Origin: Hemiscyllium ocellatum
Taxonomy: Eukaryota
Length of the DNA: 64,000 bases
Direction: 5' to 3'
NCBI RefSeq assembly: GCF_020745735.1
Contig: NC_083433.1
Span: 19,045,363-19,109,362 of the forward strand
In this document: in pieces, positions 36,795 through 50,200 of the stretch
Position numbering within the stretch: the stretch's first letter is position 1
Layout: every line of letters starts with the position of its first letter
Made by a program: the position numbers and the translations under genes
Notes under the pieces: model-generated
Told to the model about the DNA's origin: nothing
Databases searched by the model: none
The model's input: the letters and a program-made list of their open reading frames with translations, nothing else

Positions 36795-37150
36795 CCGTCA
36801 GGATCAACTTGGTCCCGTTTCTTAAGGCTAAGACCCCAAATTGCCAGTCCATGCAGAAATAAAGGCCGGCATCAGATGCATTGACACTTTCTATTGTTAA
36901 GTTGAAGAATCCAGAGAGACACGAATGGATGCTGTGGTCGGCAAATATTTGGGACGGAAGACATGCTTTGAGTTGAAAAAGGAATAGACCAGAATCACTG
37001 GAGTTTGTCCTTCCTGCTGCTTCAGCCAGTATGAGTAGGTTTGGTCAATGAAGGACTGGGTCTTTATGAAACACATGAGGGTCACATTATCTCCCAGCCT
37101 AACAGAGCGGGATTCAGCTGTCTGCAAGACCAGGTGACGACCTTGAACAT
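36795..37150 (-). CDS. Gene A exon 2: germline-joined V-J Ig domain (NITR/TCR-like), 1-nt frameshift near 36905 (pseudogene allele or assembly error)
   Basis: Acceptor ttcattccctccag|, donor g|gtaagt. DNVTLMC...YSYWLKQQEGQTP...RVSLDS, then in the shifted frame FNLTIESVNASDAGLYFCMDWQFGVLALRNGTKLILT. Canonical V-set Cys, Trp and D-x-G-x-Y-x-C are present. The exon is 356 nt, one short of the 357 needed for phase 1-1. Confidence 0.9.
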
Positions 37151-38601
37151 CTGGAGGGAATGAAAGCAGAAACATGACAGTAACAGGGGGTAACGTAAAA
37201 TTTCCTCCATTTGCAACAGCACGTTTAGACCTTAAAGAGCAGAAGTATGCCCTTCAGCCCATTGAATCTGATTCAATGAGAACATGGTTGATCTGATAAA
37301 CCTCAACTTCATTTTCCTGTCTTCATCCTTACTCCCTTACTGATTAAACATCTAGCTCAGCCTTGAATAGACTAAACAACGCAGGGTCAACAGCCCTCTG
37401 TGGCAAAGAATTCTATAGATTCAATACCTTCAGACCAGAAACTCTAAACATCTGTCTCTTAAATGTGTGACTCCTTATTTTGAGAGGTTTTTAATAAATT
37501 TCCTTGATTCTGAAACACTGTGGAATGTCCTAAAGTCCTGAAAAGGGCATATATTATCCAATTTCCTTCCCAAGAATTTGACCACGATTATAGAACTCAT
37601 AATCCTAATTAGGATTAAAAGCAAATGCTGGAGATCCTAGTTGTGAAAAAAAGGTTGAGACTGTTCTGAACAAGAGTCATTACTGGACTCAAAATTATAA
37701 CTCTTGTTTTTCTCTCTCCACAGATGTTGCCAGATTTGCTGAATTTCTCCAGTACTGACTGTCTTTATATAAGTTACAATTACTTTTGTTCAACAATTGG
37801 AAAGGATTACACATACTTAAACCCATTTGGAAACATTATCATCACAGCTTCTGTTGATGTACACTCGCAGCTTGAGACCTGGTGATGCAGTGGCAGTATC
37901 CCTACTCTGGTCTAGGAGATCTGGGTTCAAGACCCACCTGCTTTAGAGATAGAATCATAAAGTTGTACAGCACAGAAACAGAAGCTTCAGTCCAAGTCAT
38001 CCTTACTGATCAGATATCCTGAATTGATCTAGTCAAATTTGCTAATATTTAGTCCATATCCCTCTATTCATGTACCCATCCAAATGCTTTTAAAGTTGTA
38101 CTTTTACCAGCCTCCACTACTTCTTCTGGCAGCTCATTCCACACACACACCACCCTCTGTGTGAAAAAACTGCCCCTTTTAAATCTTTTCCCTTTCACCG
38201 TAAATCTCTAGTTTTGGACTTCCCTACCCTGGGGAAAAGATCCTTGCTATTCACCCTATCTATGCCCCTCATGACATTATGAGCCCCATTAGGGTCCCCT
38301 CTGTCAGCGTCTGAAAGCTCCAGGGGAAATAGTATCAGCCTATTCAGCTTCTCCCTGTAGCTCAAACTGTTCAAATCCAGACATCGCTGAACACATTGAT
38401 TAGAAAATACCTGAATGCAGGAACCAAATGTAATGGCAATCATAATCAGATCTCCACTCCTACATTTAGAAGGGCGCATGTGGCACTGTGGTAGTGTCTG
38501 TGCCTTTGAGCCAGGAGACGCAGCATTAAAGTCCCACCTGTCCCAGTGATGTGTCATAAAGAACCTGAAGAAAGTTGATTAAAAAATATCTAAAAACTTA
38601 C

Positions 38602-38638
38602 AGCTGTGTAGGAGAATAGGGATTAGCAAACGCCACAT
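38602..38638 (-). CDS. Gene A exon 1: signal-peptide (leader) exon of a V-type Ig-superfamily receptor
   Basis: ATG TGG CGT TTG CTA ATC CCT ATT CTC CTA CAC AGC T|gtaagt = MWRLLIPILLHS + 1 nt (37 nt, phase 1, perfect donor). Joins in frame to the V exon (T+AT = Tyr: ...LLHSYVQGRHLV). Confidence 0.8.
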
Positions 38639-39384
38639 GTTTGGCAGAGAATAACTCCTCCCCAGGAGCAAGTGCCTGAGTAGTTGTGCAGACTGTCGCA
38701 CCCCAGACTGGGGTGGTAGCCAGGAAAATAGGTCACTCAGAGATTCCCCTCCCTTCCACCCACCCCCACCCCTTTCCTGTTGACACCACAGTTTCGAAAC
38801 TTGCAACCTTGATGTGTTGAGACCAAACGGTTGATTAATCTTGCTCGAGATATGAGTACCCTTTACATTTTATTCAAGGCAGCACCAATGATGTTAGAAG
38901 CAAGAACGGAATGTGTTCAGAAAAGAAGATTTGAAACGAATGTTCAAAATGGTACACCTTCATCTGAGGAGATACCTCAGGGTTTATGAGAGTCAGGTTA
39001 ACAGTGCGAGCTGAGAATCTATCTCACCCCTGTCCAAAAGTAGATGGTGGTGATGGAACCGAGAGGATCTAATCGGTTTGGCAGCTGGGAGTCTGACAGA
39101 AGGCTGATGGGTGACTTCACAGTTTAGAAATTAAGAAGAGATTCCATATTGTCAGAAGCTGTTTCCACTCATGGGGGAAGGCAAACACTGGGCGCTATAA
39201 AGATGTAATGATGTGTAACCAACTTAATAGGGAATTTGGAAAAAATGCATTTTAACTTGTGCATAACCTTGGTTTTTCTGGAGGTGGATGTTAGAGATAA
39301 ATTACCTGTAACACTACAGAGGAATGAAATATTGGAGGGGAGTCGGATGAAAATGAGTGGGCGGAGCTTGGTCTGGAGAAGAGA

Positions 39385-39975
39385 CACCCAAACTTTCATT
39401 GGTCAGAGGATTGAGTACAGGAGTTGGGATGTCTTATTGCAGCTGTACAAGATGTCAATAAAGCCACATTTGCAGTACTGCGAGCAGTTCTGGTCGCTGT
39501 GAGATAGAAAGACTATTAACTAGAAAGAGTGAAGGAAAGATTTACTGGGATGCTGCCTGGACTGGAAAGTTTGAGTTATAAGAAGAGGCTGGGGCGTTTT
39601 TTTCTGGAGGTTAGGAAACCGATAGGTGACCTTACAGAGGTTTACAAAATCCTGAGTGGCATAGATAAATAAGATAGCATCAGCTTTTCCCCATGGTAGT
39701 GATATCTAAAACTGGGGGTCATAGGTTTAAGGTGAGAGGGGAGAGATATGAAAGCGTCTAGAGGGGCAATGTTTTCACACAAGGTGATGAGTATCTGGAA
39801 TGGGATGTCAGAGGTAGTTGTGGAGGCAAATGCAATTTTGTCATTTTAGAAACATTTAAAACTGGTACATGGATGGGATAAGTATGGAGAGATATGGATC
39901 AAATGCAGGCAAACAGGACCAGCTTAAGTTGTGAAAACTGGGCATTCTGGACAAGTTGAGCTAAGGGCTTGTTGC
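39385..39975 (+). mobile_element. CR1 3' fragment
   Basis: IEYRSWDVLLQLYK..PHLQYC. Confidence 0.7.
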
Positions 39976-41041
39976 CATGCTGTAGACCTCCATGACTCAA
40001 AATGGTTGAATCCATGTTCCGTGCTGTAAATTACAACATGATAGCCTCAGACTATGTGCTGAGAAATACACTAACACCAGAGGCAGCTGCCTCTCAAGCA
40101 CAGCAGAGCAAGGTCACTGTCTAATGCCCTTCAGTATAGCAAAGTGAGAAGCTGGGAACTGTGTAGAACTATTCAGAGAGTAAAGCTAACAAAGAATAGA
40201 CACTGTGATCATCGAGATTATCAGTTGTAATGAGGCAGAGAGGGATATGGTATAATGGGATTGGTTCAATTTGATTGCAGTTTCTGTAATTTTCAATATA
40301 TAATGCTTAGTTATGTACTTTTATAAACCTTTAATCAGGCTTAGGAAATTTGAAAATAGGAAATAGGAAAAATGTCCATAAGGTCTCTCACCAACGTTTA
40401 CAGATGCACCACAGAAGGTATTCTATCCAAATGCATGATGGCTTGGTATGGTAACTGCTCTGCCCAGAACTGTAAAATATTGTGAACATCACGCAAACCA
40501 ACCTTCCATTCATTGACTCCATCTATCCTTCTCATTGCCTCAGAAACACAGCCAACATCATCAAAGACCCCTCGCATTCCAATTATAATCTCTTCCACTC
40601 TCTTCCATCAGGCAGAAAATACAAAAGCCTGAACATATGTACCAACAGGTTGAAAAACAGTTTCTTACCCCTGCTGGTATTAGACTTCTGAATGGATCTC
40701 TCAAACTTCAAATCTAATGTTGATCTCGCTCTTTGTTTACCTTTTTGCAGCAGTAACATTGTATTCCTTGCCCTGTTCTATCCCCTTGTGAGCTTTGTAT
40801 GGTGTGATCTGTCTGTACTGCATGGAAAACAAAACTTTTCACTGTACCTAGGTTTTTGTGACAATAAATCAAATCAAATCAAAATATTAGCAATTGAAAT
40901 GAACATTGAATCCCCAGACCTGAGCTGGGGAAGGTTTCTTAGATTGTTAACTAGAATGAGCCAGTTGTCTCATGAGGAATACTTGGACAGACTGTGCTTG
41001 TTTGCACTAGTGTTTAAAAGAGTGAGGGATGATTAGATTGC

Positions 41042-41255
41042 TGGAAAAGCGCAGCAGGTCAGGCAGCATCCAAGGAGTAGGAGAATCGCCATTTCGGGCA
41101 TGAGCCCTTCTTTGGGAATCTTTCAAGAAGGTTTCAGGGCTCATGCCCGTAACGTCGATCCTCCTGCTCCTTGGATGCTGCCTGACCTGCTGCACTTTTC
41201 CAGCAACACATTTTCAGCTCTGATCTCCAGCACCTGCAGTCCTCACTTTCTCCTA
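41042..41255. mobile_element. PLE family-1 palindromic insertion
   Basis: 14-bp TSD gatgattagattgc (41028-41041 / 41256-41269). Confidence 0.85.
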
Positions 41256-41889
41256 GATGATTAGATTGCACTGTATACAATCTTGAGAATGGTCTTGTCA
41301 AGATAGATGTGGAAAAGATGTTTTCTTTTGTCGGTCAACCGAGAACAAGGAGGGTGGGGCCACTGTTTTATTAATTGGGGGAGGTAAATATCGATTGAAA
41401 GGATATAGATATTGATTGGGAGGAGGTGGATATTGAACGGGAGAGGGTGGATATGGACTGGGAAGTGGTAAGTATTAATTGAAAGGGGAATTCCAGTGGC
41501 GCAGTGGTAGTGTCCCTATCTCTGCACAAAATTGGACTGATGGCAATGGTGTCTGTTTAGTTCCTTTAACCCTAACAATCTCTGAGACAGACCTGACCAC
41601 AGAATAAATTTTACACACACACAATGAATTTTCATATTCTTCTCAAAAAGAAAACCCAAATACTGAGGAAGCTGGGAATCTGAAATTAAAAAAAAGGAAA
41701 TACTGGAGAAACTCAGCAGGTCTGGCAGTACCTGTGGAGGGAGAAACAGGGTTAGAGTTTTGAGTCCATTCTGAAGAAACCATTATGGACTCAAAATGTT
41801 AACTCCATCACTCTATTTCACAGACACTGCTGAGTTTTTCCAGCTCTTTCTCTTGTTATTCCAGCATTTTCTGTTATTACAGGTCCTTC

Positions 41890-43620
41890 GGGCCTTGACC
41901 TGTGAAACCAATCTGAAGCCCATCTAACCTACACTATTCCATTATCATCCATATATTTATCCAATGACCATTTAAATAGCCTTAAAGTTGCGGAGCCTAC
42001 TACTGTTGCAGGCAGGACATTCCACACCCTTACTACTCTCTGAGTAAAGAAACTACTTCTAGCATCTGCCCTATATCTATCACCCCTCAATTTAAAGCTA
42101 TGGCCCTTGTGCTAGCCATCACCATCCAAGGAGAAAGGCTCTCACTGTCCACCCTATCTAATCCTCTGATAATTTGTATGTCTCTATTAAGTCACCTCGT
42201 AACCTTCTCTCGAATGAAAACAGCCTCAAGTCCCTCAGCCTTTCCTCTTAAGACCTTCCCTCCATACCAGGCAACTTTCTAGTCAATCTCCTCTGCACCC
42301 TTTCCAATGCTTCCACATCCTTCCTATGATGCAGTGACCAGAACAGTACAGAATACTTCAAATGCAGCTGCACCAGAGTTTTGTACAGCTGCAGCATAAC
42401 CTCATGGTTTCAAAACTCAATCCCTCTACCAATATCTTTTGCCTTCTTAACAACCCTATCAAACCTGGTGGCAACTTTCAGGGATCTAAGCAAGAGGTCT
42501 CCAAGATCGCTCTGCTCATCCATATGACCAAGAATCTTACCATTAGCCCAGTACTCTGTATTCCTGTTCCTCCTTCAAAACTGAATCACTTCACGCTTTT
42601 TTTGCATTTAATTCCATTTGTCAGCTTTCAGCCCAGCTCTGCGGCTTATGTATGTCCCTCTGTAACCTGCAACATCCTTCTGGACTGTCCATAACTCCAC
42701 TGACTCTAGAGTCATCCGCATATTTACTAACCCATCCTTCTAACCCCTCATTTATAAAAATGACAAACAGCAATGGCCCCAAAACAGATCCTTGCAGTAC
42801 ACCACTGGTAACTGTGCTCCAGATGAACATTTCCCATCAACCACCACTCTCTGTCATCTTTCAGTTAGCCAATTTCTGATCCAAACTATAAAATCCCCCT
42901 CAATCCCATGCTTCCCCATTTTCGACAATAACCTACTGTGGAGAACCCTATCAAATACCTTACTGAAATCCATCTACACCACATCAACCACTTTACTCCT
43001 CATCCACCTATTTGGTCACCTTCTCCCTACCTTTTATCTTAGCTTGCTGGACACACTTTCCTTATTCCTGAAGAAGGGCTTATGCCCAAAACGTCGAATC
43101 TCCTGTTCCTTGGATGCTGCCTGACCTGCTGCGCTTTTCCAGCAACACATTTTCAGCTCTGATCTCCAGCATCTGCAGACCTCACTTTCTCCACCTTCTC
43201 AAAGAACTCAGTAAAGTTTGTGAGGCATGACCTACCCTTCAAAAAATCATGTTGACTATCCCTAATCAAATTATTCCTTTCTAGATGATTATAAATCCTA
43301 TCTCTTACGATCCTTTCCAACACATTACCCACAACCGAAGTAAGGCTTACTGGTCTATAATTACCAGGGTTGTCTCTACTCCCCTTCTTAAACGAGGGTG
43401 CAACATTTGCTATCCTCCAGTCTTCTGGCATTATTCCTGTAGACAATGATGACGTAAAGATAAAAGCCAAAAGCTCTGCAATCTCCTCCCTGGCTTCCCA
43501 GAGAATCCTAGGATAAGTCCCATCTGGCTCAGGGGATTTATCTATTATCCCACTTTGCAGAATTACTAACACTTCCTTATGAACCTCAATCCCATCTAGT
43601 CTAATAGACTTTATTTCAGT
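41890..43620 (-). mobile_element. CR1 LINE RT region + 3' end, degraded
   Basis: PEDWRIANV..FKKG.RDNPGNYRPVSLTSV, QGSVLGPLLF, ADD motifs. Confidence 0.88.
43026..43191 (+). mobile_element. PLE family-1 solo terminal repeat inside a CR1
   Basis: TSD caccttctc (43017-43025 / 43192-43200); hammerhead with a G12-to-A change. Confidence 0.8.
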
Positions 43621-44439
43621 ATTCTCCGCGGCAACATTTAATTGACATATTTTTGACAATTCTAGGATTCGATTTAAGGTTAGTATTAGACACTGGGAAA
43701 GAGTATTAAAGGTTTAAGATCAGTTTTTTTTATTTCAGAGGCACACTATATTCATAAGACTATCTTGATATACATACATAGTCATTAAAGCAGTTCGGTT
43801 CTGTACAGTAGCAAATGAAGAAACAAACACTGGAGTTTAACACTATTCAACAAACAAACCCAAGGCATTTGTCACTTGTACAACACTAACATTTATGTAT
43901 ACTTGAGGCACTGGGAGGATCCGATAACTGAACAGACGCCCCCCCCCCCAATTTAACTTCGTCAGAAAGACCTCAGATGGTGGTCTTACCCATTGCGCTT
44001 TGGCAGCTGCTGCCCTCAGCATGTTGTCCTGGATCTTTGAATGTGCCAGTCCACAGCAATTGATCTGGAAGACCCAGATCAAAGAGCATCTTTCACTGGA
44101 TTAAATTTAAGATTAGTGTTGCACATTGGGAAATAGTGTTTGGGTTGAGGTGAGTCAAGGGGAAACAACTGTCTGAAATTCTTTTATGGTAACTTATTAA
44201 TTCTGAAACTAATTAGTAATTAATTAATACTTTGAAAACAAACTTAAGAGGTTAAAAATATCCTCCTTGTTAGAAAAGGTACTAGCTCCTGTTAACATAT
44301 GTAGATCAACAAATGTAGGAATTGCCAATTCAAATCTCGTTGATTGGTGGCATAGAATCAACAAATTATTTTCATTTGCTCTCATCTCTGAGGCAATGTT
44401 ATAAATCTTGAAGTTTGGTGGCATTTAGTACACTTACCT

Positions 44440-46250
44440 TTATTTGTCAGTGCATTGAGTATAGGAGTTGGAAAGTCATGTTGCACCTGAACAGAACATT
44501 GGTTAGGCCACTCTGGGAATACTGCATTCAGTTGTAGTCTCTCTCCTATAGGAAAGATGTTGCTAAACTTGAAAAGGTTCAGAAAATAATTACAAGGATA
44601 TTGCCGGGGTTGGATGGCTTGTAGGGAGAGGCTGAACAGGCTGGGCCTATTTTCCCTGGAGCGTCAGAGGCTGAGGGGTAACCTTAATGAAGTTTATGAA
44701 ATAATGAAGGGCATGGATAAGGTGAATAGCCAAGCCTTTTCCCCAGGGTAGGTGGGTCCAAACCCAGAGGGCATTGGTTTAAGGTGAGAGGGGAGAGATT
44801 TAAAATGGACCTAAAGGGCAACTTTTTCAGATAGAGGGTGATGCCTGTATGGAATAAGTCAGAGGATGTGGTGGAGGCTGATACAATTACAACATTTACA
44901 AGGCATCTGGATGGGTATATGAATAGGAAGGGTTTAGAGGGATATGGGCCAAATGCTGGCAAAATGGGACTAGATCAATTTAGGATATGTGGTTGGCATG
45001 GATGAGTTGGACCGAAGGGCCTGTTTCCTTGCTGTACACCTCTATGACTACAAATAAATGGGCTAAACATCTGGGCAGAACCTGCTGGAATCAAAAGAAA
45101 AAGTTTTCATCATCCTCGATCAGCCACACGGTAAATATTCAGACGGCACAAACCAATTTCAACCAACAGCATCAACTCTGGGCAGTAACAATGAATAGAA
45201 AACTGAATCTTTAGAAGTGGCTAAAACTAATCAACAATTTTAAAAAATGCAGGAAACAACAAAAAGAAAGTTCAGTTTGTGCATACATTATTGCAAAATA
45301 GGTTTTATTTCTTAAGTTATTTTGTTCAAACCTTAAGTCTGGACATTCTAAAATTCAGTTAGAGACAAATAAACACAGTAAGAAAAATTCTTAAGTATTT
45401 TTGTAGAGTTGAAGGAGAAAAGGCTGCCATCTTGTGACAATGATCTGTAATTACATAGGTGCAACATTGGATTTTCATAGAATTCGTATATTGTGGAAGC
45501 AGGCCGTTCAGCCCATTGAGTCCACATGGACCCTCTGAAGAACATCCCACCCAGACCCAACCCCTTGCCCTATCCCTGTAACCCTGCATTTTCCATGGCT
45601 AAACCACCTCTCCTGCATATCCCTAGACACTACGGGCAATTTAGCATGGCCAATCCACCTAAGCTGCAGATCTTTGGACTGTGGGAGGAATCCGGAGCAC
45701 CCAGAGGAAACCCTCGCAGACACAGGGAGAGTGTGCAAGCTCCACACAGACAGTCACCCGAAGGTGGAATCAAATCCGGGTTGCTGGTACTGTGAAGCAG
45801 TGGTGTTAATCACTGAGCCACCGTGCCATTTTCCATTATAACATTGAACCCAGGGAATTTGATTAAGCTATTTTCAAACTTACATCAAACTATCTTCATT
45901 TGCTCTCATCTCTTAAACGATGTTATAAATCTCGAAGTTTAGTGGTGAAGAAGGCATTTGGTATGCTTGTCTTTATTGGTCAGTGCATTTAATATAAGAA
46001 TTGGGATGTCATGTTGCAGCTGAACAGGACATTGGTTAGGCCACTTTTGGAATATTGTGGTCTCCTTGCTATAGGAAAGATGTTGTTAAATTTGAAAGGG
46101 TTCAGCAAAGATTTACAAGGATATTGCCAGGGTTAGAGAATTTGAGCTATTGGGAGAGATGGAATAGTCTGGGGCTATTTTCCCTTGAGCGTCAGAGGCT
46201 GAGGGGTGACCTTATAGAAATTTATAAAATCATGAAGGGCATAGATAAAT
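44440..46250 (+). mobile_element. Two CR1 3' fragments (~44440-45050, ~45945-46250) with a SINE between
   Basis: WSPCYRKDVVKFERVQ etc. Confidence 0.7.
45488..45828 (-). mobile_element. tRNA-derived SINE
   Basis: Same family; further decayed copies at ~1-280, 3350-3550, 27770-28110 and 30465-30690. Confidence 0.8.
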
Positions 46251-47254
46251 ATTAATAAATGTAAATGTAAAAATGGGTATCATATACTGTAAGAATATGC
46301 CATCATGAACATTCCAATCGGGAGTATTTTGGTTCATTGATATGGATGAGGTGCTTATTTTATGGAAACATTGGGAAAAATGCTCATCACTGAGGAGAGC
46401 TCTAAATCACTCCAGCTAAGGTAGGCCCCTCCCACCTGGGCACACTAAAATTAGATTATTTATGATATCTACAACACATGCTCCACTGAGGTAATATATA
46501 CTTCTTTATTAACGTGTTTCAATGGATTTCAAGTCACAGTGAGGAGGAAAGAGTTAAGTTCTAAGAGGATATAAAAGGATTGCTCAGATGGGCAGATCAG
46601 TTGCAGACGGAATTTATCTGTGATAAATGTGAGGTGATGCACCTCGGAAGAAAAACTATACAAGAGAGTACTCAACGAATGGCAGGTCACTGGGAAGCTC
46701 AGAGAAGCAGAGGGATCTTGGGACGTTTGTCCAGTTTCATATGCAAGTTATCACAAGCCACTTTTAATTCGGCTACTTATTCAGAAATCTCACAGACAAT
46801 CAAGTGCTGAAACTAATATTTAAACTTTATTCGATGAGACCTCTCAAGCAAGCAAGGTCAGCCTCACAACCCAACTTTGCTATTACCCAATTAATGGTGG
46901 AACTCAGCTACAATTTAAACAAGCAGTGTCTGTGTCTGGATGTGTCCAGGTTTCGATTCTCATTGAGCATTGTTCTCCTGAGTTCTGCTCCAGGAATTCT
47001 GGAGTTGAATTCTAATCTGATATTCCATCCTTCAAGTTTGTGATATGATGGTATTAATAATTTTTTAGATTCTTTCATCCACAATATTGATTACTCCTCT
47101 GTCACCATCAAGTCTGCAGCTTGCTTTCTTATCAGAAGCAGCTTCTCTGTTCCTTGTTATATTGTCTGTTGAAGACACAGCTTTCCTGGTGATTAATTCT
47201 TTCAATTCTTCTATAGAACAATCTGTTGTTCTTGCAGCATAAAACAGCCAGTTA

Positions 47255-50200
47255 TAGAGTCATAGAGATGTACTGCACAGAAACAGATCCTTCGGTCCAA
47301 CTCGTCCATGCTGACCAGATATCTCAACCCAATCTAGTCTTACCTGCCAGCACCTAGCCCATATCCCTCCAAACCCTTCCTAATCATATACCCATCTAAA
47401 TGCCTCTTAAATGTTGCAACTGTAGCAGCCTCCACCACTTCCTCTGGCAGCTCATTCCATACATGTACCACCCTCTGTGTGAAAAGGTTCCCCCTTAGGT
47501 TTCTTTTATATCTTTCCCTTCTCACCCTAAACCTATGCCCTCAAGTTCTGGACTCCCCGACCCCAGGGAATAGACTTTGTCTATTTATCTTATCCATGCC
47601 TCTCATGATTTTATAAACCTCTATAAGAACATCCCTCAGCCTCCGACGCTCCAGGGAAAACAGCCCCAGCATGTTCAACCTCTCTCTATAGCTCAAATCC
47701 TTCAACCCTGGCAACATCCTTGTAAATCTTTTCTGAACCCTTTCAAGTTTCGCAACATCTTTCCGATAGGAAGGAGACCAGAATTGCACACAATATTCCA
47801 ACAATGGCCTAACCAATGTCCTGTACAGCCGCAACATGACCTCCCAACTCCTGTACTCAATACTCTGACCAATAAAGGAAAGCATACTAAACACCTTCTT
47901 CACTATCCTATCTACCTGCGACTCCACTTTCAAGGAACTATGAACCTGCACTCCAAGGTCTCTGTTCAGCAACACTCCTAGGACCTTTACCATTAAGTGT
48001 TTAAGTCCTGCTAAGATTTGCTTTCCCAAAATGCAGCACCTCGCATTTATTTAAATTAAACTCCATCTGTCACTCCTCAGCTCATTGGCCCATCTGATCA
48101 AGGTCCCGTTGTAATCTGAGGTAACCTCCTTCGCTCTCCACTACACCTGCAATTTTGGTGTCATCTGCAAACTTACTAACTCTACCTCTTATGCTCACAT
48201 CAAAATCATTAATATAAATGATGAAAAGTAGTGGACCCAGCACTGATCCCTGTGGCACTCCACTGGTCACAGGCCTCCAATCTGAAAAACAACCCTCCAC
48301 CACCACCTTCTGTCTTCTACCTTTGAGCCAGTTCTGTATCCAAATGGTGAGTCCTCCCTGTGTTGCATGAGATCTAACCTTACTTACCAGTCTCCCATGG
48401 GGAACCTTGTCGAACGCCTTACTGAAGTCCATATAGATCACGTCTACCGCTCTGCCCTCATCAATCCTCTTTGTTACTTCAAAAAATTCAATCAAGTTTG
48501 TGAGACATGGCTTCCCACGCACAAAGCCACGTTGACTATCCCTAATCAGTCCTTAACAATCCACATGTAAATCCAATCCCTCAGGATTCCCTCCAACAAC
48601 TTGTCCACCACCCACGTCAGGCTCACTGGTCTATAGTTCCCTGGCTTGTCCTTACCACCTTTCTTTAATAGTGGCATCACGTTAGCCGACCTGTAGTCTT
48701 CCGGCACCTCACCTGTGACTATCGATGATACAACTATCTCGCAAGGGGCCCAGCAATCACATCCTTAGCTTCCCACAGAGTTCTAGGGTACACCTGGTCG
48801 GGTCCTGGGGATTTATCCATTTCTATACATTTCAAAGTTAAAAATCACACAACACCAGGTTATAGTCCAACAGGTTTAATTGGAAGCACACTAGCTTTCA
48901 GAGCACCGCTTCTTCATCAGGTGGTAGTGGAGGGCTCAATCCTAACACAGAATTTATAGCAAAAATTTACAGTGTGATGTAACTGAAATTATATATTGAA
49001 AAATTGATTGTCTGTTAAGTCTTTCATGCTTGAATACCATGACAGTTTCACTTCTTTTGTGTGTAAATCACAAAACCTTTTTTTAAAAAAAGTTGCATTC
49101 TCGGGTTAGCTGTTAACAATGGTGGTAGCTAGACAATATGTTGAAGGTGTTGGCCCCCTGTGTTCTCTGTCTATGCCATGATGTTTAGATTGATTCTAAT
49201 CTAAAATGTGAGATAACAGAGTTTTACATAAATTCATGAAGTTTTTGAGCAAAGTACAATGTAACCCTGCAAGTACAAATTCACCCCACAAAATATATGT
49301 GCATGTGGGTCTTTGTCTGTGTGTGTGTGTCTGTCTGTCTGTCTGTCTGGGTTGGGGGTTGTGAGTGTGAGAAAGTGTATGTGTGTGTGTGTAGTGAGTG
49401 CAGAGTGTCTTAAGTCTGTGAGGGGGTGCATGTGTGAGTGTGGGAGTGTGTGCGTCTGTAAGGGTGTGTGTGGGTGTCTGTATGCATGTCTGTGTGTATG
49501 TGTGTATAGGAGTGCCTGTGTGTGTGAGAGTGTGTGTGTGTGTATAATGCAATGGTGGTTACCTGTAATATGACATGAACCCAAGGTCCTGGTTGAGGCC
49601 CTCCCAATGGGTACCAAACTTAGCTATCAGCCTCTGCTTGGCCACTTTTAACCATAGGGAGGGCCTCAACCGGAACCTTGCGTTCACGACTCATTACAGG
49701 TAACCACCATTGCATTATGCACACACACACTCTCACACACACACAGGCACTCCTATACATACATACACACGGACACACATACACACAGACACGCGCACAG
49801 ACACCCACACACACCCTTACAGACACACACACTCCCAGCCTCACAAATGCACCCCCTCACAGACTTAAGACACTCTGCACTCACTACACACACACATACA
49901 TTTTCTCACACCCACAAACCCCACCCCAGACAGACACACACACACAGACGGACAAAGACCCACATGCACACATATATTTTGTGGGGTGAATTTGTACTTG
50001 CAGGGTTACATTGTACTTTGCTCAAAAACTGCATGCATTCATGTAGAACCCTGAGCTCAAAAAATTAATGAATTCATGTAAAACTCCGTTATCTTACTTT
50101 TTAGATCAGAATCAATCTAAACATCATGGCATAGACAGAGAACACAGGGGGCTAACACTTTCAACATATTGTCTAGCTATCACCATTGTTAACAGCTAAC

